Shown here: in pieces, positions 12,521 through 24,770 of the stretch
Layout: each line of letters starts with the position of its first letter
Position numbering within the stretch: the first letter of the stretch is position 1
Origin: Mobula hypostoma
Taxonomy: Eukaryota
NCBI RefSeq assembly: GCF_963921235.1
Contig: NC_086097.1
Coordinates: 25,732,001 to 25,796,000 of the forward strand
DNA: 64,000 nucleotides
Direction: 5' to 3'
Translations under genes and position numbers: made by a program
Notes under the pieces: model-generated
The model's input: only the letters and a program-made list of their open reading frames with translations
Databases searched by the model: none
Told to the model about the DNA's origin: nothing

Positions 12521-13829
12521 CAGCAAGTGCATATCGTCTTTGCTGGACCATTCATGGACTCTTTTAATCACCGTTGATGCACATTCCAAACAGCCAGAGA
12601 TCATCAAAATGAAGACAACCACATCAGAAAAGACCATTACAGTGCTGAGGACCATGTTCGCCCGGAATCGCATACCAGAGCAAATCTGCACAGACAATGG
12701 ATGACAATTTGTCTCTGAAGAATTCCAAAGTTTTGTGAAGAACAGTGGAATCAAGCACTTTATATCGGCTCCTTTCCATCCATCCACAAATGGCTTGGTA
12801 GAAAGATTTGTACAGACATTCAAGAAAGCCCTCAAGGCAAGGGACAGCGAAAATCGACCACTACAACACAAGATAGACAGCTTCCTCCTTGCCTATCGTA
12901 ATGCAGTATATGCAACCACTAACCAGACACCAGCGATGATGTTTCTGAACAGGAACCCGAGGTCCCGCATGGATCTTCTCAAACCAAATGTACGGCGTGA
13001 TGTAGAGAACAGACAGTTCAAACACTTGAATGTTAAGTCAACACGGAGCTTCAATATGGGACAGTCAGTTCTTGCACAGGATTACCGGACTGAAAAGTGG
13101 CAGCTGGGTATAATTTCCGCCATAGACGGGCCACTGATGTATAGAGTACAGGTGGGAGAGAATGTATGGAGACGTCATGTGGATCAAATCCTGGATGCTC
13201 GGGTGAAAAACTCAACAACACCTTACCCGGACTCCCATGACATAGAAGCAAACACTCCTGATGTGACCACATCAGCCTCGTCCACAGATAAGCCTGTCAT
13301 CAGTGCTGAGGACCCACTTGATGTACCTGTGGAGACTAATTCCCCAAATCAAACATTGCAGGGCAGACGTTACCCGGAGAGACAGAGAAGGGCCCCCCAC
13401 AGAGACTTCAGTTATACTTATTATTATTACGTTACCTTGTTATAATTTCATATTATTACGTTACTAATTAAACAGTTGGTGGGCGTTTGTATATTAAGGG
13501 TACACATACAGTATTTGTTTAGCATAGTGCCTGTTAACTTTAAAAAAAAAACAGTTGATACACTTTTAAAATAAAAGGGGAGGAGTGTACCATATAGCCT
13601 ACTGTATAATATGGGACTATTTTATGTCGTAGTAACACCTTATTGAGCATGCGCTATTAGGCACGTATTGATCTGTATATATGTGTTCAGTTCGGGTTCC
13701 GCAAGTTTAAAAAAAAACCCTGTTAACTTAGCTCCAGTCTCTAGCGTTTTTATTTATAGATTTGTTGTGTAACCGGCCACATACGCAACAGTCTACCATG
13801 AATGTCTACAAGAAAATGAATCTCAGGAC

Positions 13830-14095
13830 ATCACACTAGCGTAGTGGTTAGCATGACACAACTACAGCTCAGGGTGCCAGAGCTTGTAGTTCAATCCCAG
13901 TGACCTCTGCAAGGAGTTTGTACATCCTTCCCTTGAGCACATGGGGTTCCTCCACATTCCAAAGGTGTACTGGTTAGCAGATTAATTGGTCATTGTAAAT
14001 TGTCCTGTGATTAGGCTAGGGTTAAATAGGTGGGTTGCTGGGTAGTGCAGCTCATAGGACCAAAGGGCCTGTTCCACACTATATCTCTAAATAAA
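13830..14095 (+). repeat. tRNA-derived SINE (V-SINE-like)
   Basis: A box TAGCGTAGTGG, B box GTTCAATCCC, core GGAGTTTGTACATCCTTCCC and a (TAAA)n tail. Confidence 0.65.
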
Positions 14096-14227
14096 TAAAA
14101 TATGGTGACACATACATACTATGATATTAAATTTACTTTGAATAGGTGCTGCCTAACCTGCTGATATGCATTCCTCCTGCATTCTGTGTGTGCCAGTTGG
14201 TTGTACTTGTTTTATAGAATTCAGTAC

Positions 14228-14377
14228 CTGTAAAGTGTTTGCTAATGTGTCAATCTTTTCAGTGACTCGAGCAGCATGGTGCAACCTGCTCCTTCCCCTC
14301 GCTGTCAGGTTCAGTGAACGTCGCCTCCTGGAGAGATTATGCAGCGATGTGTCGGAGTCACTCGACGAGTCTGCCAT
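14228..14377 (-). CDS. CEP128: CEP128 first coding exon (MADSSSDSDT...VTEKIDTLANTLQ); exon starts at 14394
   Basis: Acceptor ctttgtttcag| at 14395/14394, ATG at 14377, donor |gtactg; 150 coding nt. Resembles recalled human MAESSSESD...VTEKVNTITSTLQ. The frame continues into the next two exons. Confidence 0.93.
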
Positions 14378-14642
14378 AGGTACTGTGCTGCCTTCTGAAA
14401 CAAAGAGCCAAAACTTAGAAAAAAAATGAGTAAAGCAAACTGTCAACTTTATAACATGGCTGTTTGTAACGCAGAAGTACCTCTCAGGCTCAGAGGATGA
14501 TGGGTTGGGAAGAAAAGGAATAATAAAAATCTGGCATTAGTGAACAGTTTGTCAATATGACCTCAGAGCTTCTTTCCCACTGCTATCAAACATCTGAACC
14601 AGTTCTTTCATGCCCCCTTTCCAGTGGTGTTGGCACACTCTC

Positions 14643-15716
14643 TTTCTTTCTTTCTTTCTTTTTAAATCTTTTTATTGAGTAAGTATACAAAAAAGGTAAG
14701 CCATATAAACATTAATACAATGTTAAAGTATAATAAAATTCCAAAAGATAACAATACCAAAAAGAAAATACTACAAACAATGTAATTTAAGCATAAGAAA
14801 CCAAGATAACATAATAGTATACTAGATTTTATATATATCAATGAAAAAAAAAGAAAAAAAACCCCCCAAAAAAAAACCCACCGTGCAACTAACTAAAAGC
14901 AAAGCAAAGCAATGGGCTAACTTGAAACCAAACAGAGTTAAACTTAAAATCACGTCCTCAATCCCGACCTCCATTAAAACAGTGAAAAAAAAACAAGAAG
15001 GGTAAATATTACATTAAATGAAAATATCGAATAAAAGGTCCCCAAATCTGTTCAAATTTAAATGAAGAATCATAAAGGTTACTTCTAATTTTCTCCAGAT
15101 TCAAACATAAAATCGTCTGAGAAAACCAAAAAAAGGTAGTTGGAGCATTAAGCTCTTTCCAATGTTGTAAAATACATCTTTTCGCCATTAAAGTAAGAAA
15201 TGCAATCATTCTACGGGCTGAAGGGGAAAGATTACTAAAAATTTTAGGTAGTCCAAAGATAGCAGTAATAGGGTGAGGAGAGATATCTATATTTAATACC
15301 TTAGAAATAATATTGAAAATATCTCTCCAAAAAGTTTCCAAAGTAGGGCAAGACCAAAACATATGAGTTAAAGAGGCTATCTGCCCCGAACATCTATCAC
15401 AGAAAGGATTAATATGCGAGTAAAAACGCGCTAACTTATCTTTGGACATATGTGCTCTATGAACCACTTTAAATTGAATTAGGGAATGTTTAGCACAAAT
15501 AGAGGAAGTATTAACTAATTGTAAAATCTGCCCCCAATCATCCACAGAAATGGTAAGCCCCGATTCCTGTTCCCAATCTACCCTAATCTTATCAAATGGA
15601 GCTTTCCTAAGTTTCATAATAATATTATAAATCATAGCCGATGCACCTTTCTGACATGGATTAAGGTTAATTATCGAATCTAAAATATATATAGGAGGAA
15701 GCATTGGAAAGGAAGA
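14643..15716 (-). mobile_element. 5'-truncated L1/Tx1-type LINE (ORF2 C-terminus)
   Basis: Open 231-aa frame with a CDRC..HMFWSC zinc knuckle. AATAAA and (GAAA)n tail. 11-bp TSD GGCACACTCTC at 14632-14642 and 15717-15727. Confidence 0.9.
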
Positions 15717-16199
15717 GGCACACTCTCGAACTGTTAGTTCGACCTGTTCTGTTATTGTTAGTACTTGTTTCTTTTTGCCCTACTTCATCTTGAATCAATA
15801 TACAGCAAAAAAAAATACAGTAAGTGCAAAAACTATTCTACATCGGTATAGTTCTGGCACTAGCTGTATTTAATGCCCTATTTATTATTTACCTGTGCAT
15901 AGAGTTTCACACCAGCAAGGAAGTTCATTGCCCCCTGGTGCATATAACAATAAACTAATCTGAACCTAAATCAAAGTCACATTAAATTATCAAAGTACAT
16001 ATGTATTACCTTGAGATTCATTTTCTACAGGCATTTACCGAAAAATAAAGAAACACAATAGAACTATGCATAGATGAAGACTGATAAAGTGCAAAAGAAG
16101 ACAGATTATCCAAATTAAAGTATAAAAATAATATCAAGGACATGAAATGTAAAGAGTTCTTCAAAGCAAGTCTATAAGCCCTGGAATCAGTTCAGAACT

Positions 16200-16740
16200 G
16201 AAGTGAGTGAGTCAGAATCAGAATTAATATCACTGACATATGTCATAAAATTTGTTAACTTAGCAGCAATTGTACAATGCAATACATGATAAATTTAGGG
16301 GCAAAAATAAAATAAATAAATAACAAGTGTGTATGTATGTGTGTGTGTGTGTATAGTGGGTATTTGTGTGTGTGTGTGTATAGGTTAAATAGTTAGAAAG
16401 TGCAAAAACAGAAATAATTTTTAAAAAGTGAGGTAGTATTGATGGCTTCAATGTCCATTTAGAAATTGGATGGCAGAGGGGAACAAGCTGTTCTTGAATC
16501 ATTGAGTGTGTGCCTTCAGGCTTCTGTACGTCCTTCCTGATGGTAACAATGAGAAGAGGACATGTTCTGGGTGAAACTATCCACAGTAGTTGTAGATTGG
16601 TAACTGTTCCTGAACCTGGTGGTGTGGGACCCAAGATTCCTATACCTCCCTCAAGATGGTAGCAGCGAGAAGACAGCATGGCCATGATGGTGGGGGTCCT
16701 CTCCTCTGACAGCATTGCATGTAAAAGTGCTCAATGGTGG
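16200..16740 (-). mobile_element. Rex1/Babar-like LINE 3' fragments with (TG)n microsatellite
   Basis: Similar to 62085-62835. Confidence 0.6.
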
Positions 16741-17180
16741 ACTGTGTGACTGTTGGTGAATTATTGCACATTGTCTCTCATCTGCTTTCATTGTATTAGT
16801 CTAGCACCTAAACAGTCAAACTAAATTTATTATCAAAGTGCATGTATGTCATCATGTGCTACCCTGAGATTTATTTTCTTGCAGGCATTTACAGGAAAAT
16901 AAATACAATAGAACTTATGAAAATATATGTATAAACAGAGACTGACAAATATGCAGATTGCTGAGGCTAACACAGCCAGCAGAAAATTGGACTCAGGTGC
17001 AGTGACATAATTCTGAAGTGCAGTTGACTATCAGCTGCAAACACATCATTCCATGTATCAGCACATTGAACTGCACTTGTGACTGTGGTCCAAGTTTCAA
17101 CTATGCAAGATTTTACAACAAAACAAGTTAATAGAGTTAAGAAGGTATATGGTGCATTGGCCTTCATTACTCGTGGGACT

Positions 17181-18508
17181 TGTAAGGGGTGTCTTCTTTT
17201 ATGTTACTGTTAAGGCTAATAAAATGGCTTCTTTGTTATGTTAACTGCTGAGAAAGTGCTTCTCTCTCGCAGCTTGTTTGGGTTATAATTACTGATAAGA
17301 GAATTGAATTCATTTGCTAACCAACTGGGACAGATGTTATTCTTTCTTGTGTGTCTGTAAGCTATTGTTTTTGCGGGCTTTGGGGCAGAAGGCACGATGG
17401 GGACAGAGAGAGGAGATGTGATGCTGTAAGCTGGTCAACGGAATGGACTGCGAGCAGGAGTCTGAGACCCAGGGTCTTCGGCGAGGAGAGGAGACGAAGA
17501 CAGACTCGTGTGGAGCATCTGGTCGACCACCGTGGTTGGTCCCAGGCGGCGGATCGAGGAGGTGGGAGGGGATCGAGTGGTGGAAAGAAGACTCCGTTAA
17601 TTGAGCTCCGATGGTTGCGCACAAAGTAGTTGAACTTTGATAAATTTGGTGCCTTCTACTTTTCTTTTTATATTTTATCTCTATTAATTACATAGTTCCA
17701 GTAAGATCTATAAAGTGTAATCATTTAATCGCATATGAGAGGGAGGAGAAGGTAGCAGCGCGACACGCGCGCGCAGCTCTCCGGTGAAAATGATATCGTA
17801 TCCATTAAGTAGGGGCCATGGACAATTCTGATTTGATGGAGACAGATGTGAAAGCACAGAGGAACATCTAGAAAAATTTCTGAAACGCCGGTTCGCTGCC
17901 GCTGTTACTGGGCGATCGAGAATCTTCCGGAGGGTAGGCCCCAAAATCCCCGGCTTTGCCTGCTGTTGGTGACTGAGGCTGAGGTCGAATCGTTCGGACA
18001 GAGATGGCGCTCAGTACTCGATGTCGGACAGCTGATCAGAGCTCGAAGTTTTCGGACGACTCAGAGTCAGACTGTGGTCGGGCATGGCAGGGAGAGTTTT
18101 TCTTCCTTCTCCCATCTGCGTGAGATGTGGGACTTTCGAGAGACTTTGAACTTTTTTTTACTGTGCCGTGGCCTGCTCTTCATCAAGTTATGGTATTGTT
18201 GCACCGTTGTAACTGTACGTTATAATTATGTGGGTTTTGTTAGTTTTTCAGTCTTGGTCTGCTGTGTTTTTGTGATATCACACTGGAGGAATATTGTATC
18301 ATTTCTTAATGCATGCATTACTAAATGACAATAAAAGAGGACTGCGTGTTCTTATAATCTAATCTAATCTAATCTGGTGTATTGTCTGTTATTTGGCGGG
18401 GTGGGGTACATCACACAGCATCCACACAAACTTGATTACCCAGTTTGGCAGGGCCGAAGGCTGCTCCCCCTAGACGAGAGCGAGCCTGAGGCTCACCAGG
18501 GGGCTACA
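17181..18508 (+). mobile_element. Solo LTR inserted in a CR1 fragment
   Basis: TGTAAG...GCTACA ends with 4-bp TSD GACT at 17177-17180 and 18509-18512. The flanks rejoin as CR1. Confidence 0.8.
17737..18375 (+). mobile_element. Non-coding retroposon with 3' stem-loop and (AATCT)n tail, copy 1
   Basis: Colinear with 47448-48126 and nested in the solo LTR. Confidence 0.7.
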
Positions 18509-19850
18509 GACTGTTCAAGAGCCGTGAGTTAATGTTGCAGCTCTATAAAACTCTGGTTGGAAGATTGCGCTCAGTTCTGGTCACCTCATTACAGGAGGGA
18601 TGTGTAAGCTTTAGACAGGGTGCAGAGGAGATTTACCAGTATCCTGCCTGGAATAGAGAACATGTCTTATGAGGATAGGTTGAGCAAGCTGCAGCTTTTC
18701 CCTTTGAGGTGAAGGAGTGTCTTGATAGAAGTGTACAAGATGATAAGAGAAATAGATCAAGTCGATAGCCAGAGACTTTTTTTCAGGACAGAAATGGCTA
18801 ATACAACGGGGCATAATTTTAAGAAGATTGAAGGAAAGTATGGGGGGGAGGCGGTAATGTCAGAGGCAAGTTCTTTACAGAGAAATGGGAGATTGCATGG
18901 GGAACCCTGCCAGGGATGGTGGTAGACAGGCAGCTACATTAGGAGCATTTAGGTAAGCACTTGAATGATAGAAAAATGGAGGGTTATGTAGGAGGAAAGG
19001 GCTAGATTTATCTTAGAGTAGGTTAAAGTTCAGCACTACACTGTGGGTCAAAGGACCTGTACTGTGCTTTAGTGTTCTGTGGTCTCTGAAGGAACTCAAC
19101 AGATCAAGCAGCATCTAGTTTGTTATAGTTCTAGCCTTTTAGTTTCTAATCCAATGTACTCATTCTGTTTCAAGTAGCTCCTCGGACGGTCACCAAAAAT
19201 AACAGAAACTTACCACTCAGACTCCCTTTCATCATTTTTGAATAGGGTGAAACCTTGTCTAGTGTATTAGAAAATCATTCTGATCCCTATCTTTCAAAAA
19301 TCTGGCAGTAAATATTCAAGTTTTACTAGTCATACCCTAAACTTACTGACTAGAAATCAGAGGACAGCCTATAGCAAACACAGTCACATTTAGAAACTTG
19401 GACAGACTACAAGGGTTTGGTGGCTCTGGAACTGTATTCACTGGAGTTTAGAAAAAGAGAGAGGATCTCATTGAAACGTCAAATATTGAAAGAACTAGAT
19501 AAATTAGACATATTTGGTTCCAATAATGGGGGAGTCTAGGACCAGAGAGCACAGCCTCAGAATACAAGGATGTCCCTTTAGAACAGAGATGAGGAGGAAT
19601 TTCTTTAACCTGAGGATGGTGAATCAATGGAATTTGCTGCCACAGACGACTGCAGTGGCCAAGTCATTGGCTATATTTAAAGCAGAGGTTGACAGATTTT
19701 TGATTAGAAAAAGGGTTAAAGGTTACAGGGAGAAGGCAGGAGAATGGGGTTGAGAGGAATAATAAAGCAGCCATGCTGGAACAGCAGAGCAGACTTTATA
19801 GGCCAAAAGGTTTAATTTTGCTCCTATTCCTTAAGGTCTATGGTCATATG
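18509..19850 (+). mobile_element. CR1 3' fragments (18509-19085 and 19415-19850)
   Basis: IEVYKM and GESRTREHSL..RRNFF motifs. Confidence 0.75.
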
Positions 19851-21367
19851 GATTCCTTTCATTAATCATGTATGGTTTCTAGTTATTGGCAGAGAAAACA
19901 ACAAAATACAACATCATAAAACAAAATCTACCACACTATACTAGCAGTGAACATACGCGAAACCATAACTAAAAAGCAAAAAATGCAGATACTGTAAATT
20001 TCAAATAAGAGGAATTTGTAAAAAAAAATCACCATCACAAGGGACAGAGTATTAAATAAAACTAGAACATTATAGTCAGTAAGTGCCCATAGGCCCATGG
20101 TGTTGAACAATGGACTCACTTTCAAGAACTCTTCCTCTCATATTTTCTACATTTATTGCTTATTTATTTATTATTATTATTACTTTCTGTATTCGCACAG
20201 TTTGTTGTCTTTTGCACACTGGCTGAATGCCCAAGTTGGTTTAATTTTTCATTGCTTCTATTATGGCTATTATTCTATCATTATTAGGTATGCCTGCAAG
20301 AAAACGTATCTGTGTTGTATATGGTGACACATACTTCAATAATAAATTTACTTTGAACGTTGATGTTGTGCCAACCTTTAAATCTACTCTAAGATCAATC
20401 TGACTTCTCCCGCCCATATAGCCCTGCATTTTTCTTTCATCCATATGCCTAAGAGTCTCTTAAACATTCCTAATGTATCTGTCTCTATCACCACCCCTGA
20501 CAGTGCATTTCACGCACCCATCACTGTGTAGAAAAAAATTACCTCTGATATCCCCCTATACTTTTCTCTAGTCATCTTAAAATTATGGCCCAGCATATTA
20601 GCCATTTTCATGGTGAAAAAAACTCTTTCCATTCAATACAAGCCTCAAATCATCTTGTACACCTCTATCAAGGCACCTCATCCTTCTTCTCTTCAAAGAG
20701 GTGCATAATGTATTCTCATAAGACATGCTCTCTAATCTAGGCAGCATCCAGGTAAATCTCCTCCAGATCCTTTCCAAAGTTTCTACATCCTTCCTATAAT
20801 GAAGCAACCAGAACTGAACACAATATTCCAAATATGATCTAACCAAGGGAGCTGCAACTTTACTTTGTGGCTCTTGAACTCAATCTCCTGACTAGTGAAG
20901 GCTAACACACTGTATGCCTTTTAAACAACTCCAGACATCCCACCTCTCCCGGAAGTTCCGGGAGTCTCCTGCATATCGATAGTGGCTCCCTGACGCCCGG
21001 AAATTATATACAATATCCCGGAAATAGATTTTTTTGAGAGGGAGAGGGAGAGGGAGAGCGAGCATCCTGATTGGTCTCTCTTCATGCTGAGTGGTCCCCA
21101 ACCACCGGGCCACAAGGAAACGATATGATTTGGCGATATGAAACGATATGAGTCAACTGCACCTTTCCTCATTCCCTGTCACGCACTGTTGATTTTAACA
21201 CACGCGAAGTCATCAGTGACCCAAGACGTGCAAAGGAATGGGTCCATGACCCATTTGTGAATGTCCCCGGAGAATCTTCCATGTCAACGCGGGAAAAAGA
21301 TCAACTCCTCAAGCTTGCAAATGACGGTGGGCTGAAAAGTATGTTTGACATAACATCTCTGCCTGCA

Positions 21368-22169
21368 AACAACAGGAATTCTGCAGATGCTGGAAATTCA
21401 AGCAACACACATCAAAGTTGCTGGTGAACGCAGCAGGCCAGGCAGCATCTATAGGAAGAGGCACAGTCGACGTTTCAGGCCGAGACCCTTCGTCAGGACT
21501 AACTGAAGGAAGAGTGAGTAAGGGATTTGAAAGCTGGAGGGGGAGGGGGAGATGCAAAATGATAGAAGACAGGAGGGGGAGGGATGGAGCCGAGAGCTGG
21601 ACAGGTGATAGGCAGAAGGGGATACGAGAGGATCATGGGACAGGAGGTCCGGGAAGAAAGACGGGGGGGGGGTGACCCAGAGGATGGGCAAGAGGTATAT
21701 TCAGAGGGACAGAGGGAGAAAAAGGAGAGTGAGAGAAAGAATGTGTGCATAAAAAAGAGTAACAGATGGGGTACGAGGGGGAGGTGGGGCCTAGCGGAAG
21801 TTAGAGAAGTCAATGTTCATGCCATCAGGTTGGAGGCTACCCAGACGGAATATAAGGTGTTGTTCCTCCAACCTGAGTGTGGCTTCATCTTTACAGTAGA
21901 GGAGGCCGTGGATAGACATGTCAGAATGGGAATGGGATGTGGAATTAAAATGTGTGGCCACTGGGAGATCCTGCTTTCTCTGGCGGACAGAGCGTAGATG
22001 TTCAGCAAAGCGGTCTCCCAGTCTGCGTCGGGTCTCACCAATATATAAAAGGCCACATCGGGAGCACCGGACGCAGTATATCACCCCAGTCGACTCACAG
22101 GTGAAGTGATGCCTCACCTGGAAGGACTGTTTGGGGCCCTGAATGGTGGTAAGGGAGGAAGTGTAAGGG
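21368..22169 (-). mobile_element. 5'-truncated Penelope-like element (GIY-YIG endonuclease and 3' end)
   Basis: GVIYCVRCSRCGLLYIGETRRRLGDRFAEH...QPDGMN in an open frame. Exact 14-bp TSD CATCTCTGCCTGCA at 21354-21367 and 22170-22183. Confidence 0.92.
21465..21500 (-). ncRNA. Minimal type I hammerhead ribozyme motif in the Penelope end
   Basis: Minus strand reads AGUC-CUGACGA-AGG-GUCUCGG-CCU-GAAA-CGUC-GACU. Confidence 0.75.
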
Positions 22170-23239
22170 CATCTCTGCCTGCATTCTGGATCAAAGTCAA
22201 GGCTGAATATCCTGAGATAGCCATGAAAGCACTGAAAACGTTGCTTCCATTTCCAACATATCTCTGCAATGAATGCAACGAAAACTAAATTGCGGAATAG
22301 ACTGGACGTAAGGAACCCCCTTCGAGTATCGCTGTATCCCATCACCCCTTGATAGGACCGTGTTGTTGCAGGAAAACAAGCCCAGGGCTCCCATTGATTC
22401 AGCGATATTGGTGTGTTGCAATGATTTTATATGTTCATACGGGGAAAATATGCGCTGTGTGTTTAATATCCAGATGTTACTTAAAATGTTATGATGCGAT
22501 TGACTTATCACCTATATTCCAGTTGTGATTAACACCCCCTCCCCCGGTCAGCCGGTCTGCAAGAATATTGTCAATATTAAACCGGCCTGCAGTGCAAAAA
22601 CAATTGCGGACCCCTGCTAAGTAGACCTATCAGTTTTCTCTATGGGCGGGCTTTACAGTTGACCCCAAAAATAATGACAGTGTTGCTCGCTGCACTGTTT
22701 GCAAGTGACTTTTCTATTGCCCATGGTGGGTTAAAATGTAAAAGACATGTTGAGGTGAGTTTAACAGGTGTCATTCGTTCATTAGCATAGCTAACGTTAT
22801 TTAAACTAGCTGGCTAGCTGCTAAGGAGCTACGCTATTGATGTCCTACGTGATGAGGCCAAACTCCCTGTAGACTTGCTTAAAGTTGTAATAGAATAAAC
22901 ATGTTAATATAATATATGCACATATTTTAAAGTCACATTTTCTGCATATACCCAACTTGGTTCACAGATTAGACAAAATCACTAAACAAAGTATTACATA
23001 CACCCCTGGAGGTCGACCGTGGGGGGGGGATATGGAGTTGCGGGGGGCGGGGGTACTACCTCCCTGAAATGAGTTTTTGCAGGGTGGGATGTCTGCAACT
23101 CTATCAACCTGAGCAGCAACTTTGAGGATCTATGGATTTGAACCCCAAGGTCCCTGTTTCTCCACACTACTAAGAATCCTGCCATTTACCTTACATTCTG
23201 CCTTCAAATTCAACCTTCCAAAGTAAATCACTTCACACT

Positions 23240-24770
23240 TTGGCCGAATCAAAGGGATCAAAGGAGATTGAAAATCTAGTTGAATGGTGTCACAATAATA
23301 ACCACTTAATGTCAACAAAACCAAAGAGCTGATTTTCACCAACAGGAGGAAAAAGCCAGAGGTCCATAAGCCAATCCTCATTAGGGGATTGGAAGTGGAT
23401 TGGGTCAGTAACTTTAAATTCCTTGCTATCAACATATCAGAGGAGCTGTGCTAGGACCAGCACATAAGTGTCAAAAATAAGGCACAACTCTACTACAAGA
23501 CCGTAAGATATAGGAGCGGAATTAGGCCATTTGGTACAAAAGGAATGGGTTGCACTTGAATCAGTTGGGGACCAATATTCTTGTGAGCAGGTTTACTAGA
23601 GCTGTTAAGAGCAGTTTGAACTAACATGCCGGAGGGATGGAAACCAATATGATACAGCTGAGGATGAGCTAGCAGGCTTAATGGTAGATGATGGATGTAA
23701 CACGAATGTAAGGAAGGACAAGTCAATGATTGGGTACAAATGCAGACAGATCCATGCTAGAATCCTTCCAATAATACCAATAGCTCGTAGCTTGTTAGCA
23801 GCCTCATGTGAGGCACTTTGTCAAAGATCTTCAGAAAATTCAAGTACACAACATCAACTGATTCTCCTTTGTCTATCCTGCTTGTTATTTCTTCAAAGAA
23901 TTCCAACAGATTTGTCACGCAAGATTTTCCCTTGATAAAACCATGCTGACTGTGGCCTATTTTATCATGTGTCTCCAAGTACCCCGAGACCTCATCCTTA
24001 ATAATCAACTCCAACATCTTCCCAACCACTGAGGTCAGACTAACTGGCCTAAAGTTTCCTTTCTGGAGCCTCTCTCCCTTTTTGAAGAGTGGAGTGGCCT
24101 TTGCAATTTTCCAGTCTTCCAGAATCTAGTGATTCTACTAATCCTTCACAATTTCTTCAGCCACCCCTTTCAGAACTCTGGGGTGTAGTCCACCTGGTTT
24201 AGGTGATTTATCCACCTTCAGACTTACTTATCCACCTACTTTCCGAGAAGTTTGAGTAGATTCAGCATGTCACCAAAAACTTTGAGCAACTTCTTTCAGA
24301 GAATATCTTAATTGTATCACAGCCTGGGATGGAAATAATGCCCAGGAATGGAAAAGGCTATAGAACACGGTGGACATAGTCCAGACCACCACAGGTAAAG
24401 CCTTCTCCATCACTGAGTACACTTACAAGAAGCAACTCCACAAGAAAGCAGCATGCATCAAAGACCCCCATCACCCAGGGCATGTCTTCTTCTCATAACT
24501 ACCATCAGGAAGGAGGTACAGAAACCTTAGGTCCCATGCTACCAAGTTCAGGAACAGTTATTACCCCACAAACATCAGACTCCTAAACCAGTGTGGATAA
24601 CTTTACTCACCACAACTCTAAACTGACACTTCAACCTACAGATTCAGTGTTATATCTATTTTCACAGTCTGCCTTCTTTTGCCATGGTGCTTGTCAGTCT
24701 TTTTTATGTATTTTTGTAAAATCCTATTGTATTTCTTTTTTCCTGTAAATGCCTGCAAAAAAAAAGAATC
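23240..24770. mobile_element. Rex1/Babar-like RT 3' fragments (+) interrupted by CR1 fragments (23500-24225)
   Basis: LNVNKTKELI and FKFLAINISE-type motifs. CR1 QHGFIKGKSC on the minus strand. Confidence 0.65.

Larger units (their letters stand above)
8663..13790 (+). mobile_element. Internally deleted Gypsy-type LTR retrotransposon with two LTRs
   Basis: LTRs at 8663-8862 and 13586-13790 (TG...CA). 5-bp TSD GTCTA at 8658-8662 and 13791-13795. PBS-like TGGTGACGAG after the 5' LTR and PPT AAAAGGGGAGGAG before the 3' LTR. Gag start MALIGTITAFDSGIEDWAT at ~9235. Integrase remnant at 12540-13445 (VDAHSK, TDNG, APFHPSTNGLVERFVQTFK). Confidence 0.93.
20932..23095 (+). mobile_element. Composite non-autonomous hAT-like element inserted in a minus-strand CR1
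   Basis: Perfect 13-bp TIRs CAGACATCCCACC / GGTGGGATGTCTG with a 6-bp direct repeat CAACTC. BED-finger-like remnant (VARCTVCK..DFSIAHGG) at ~22680. Internal Charlie/Buster 3' fragment at 21200-22617 (SLPAFWIKVKAEYPEIAMKALKTLLPFPT). Confidence 0.75.
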
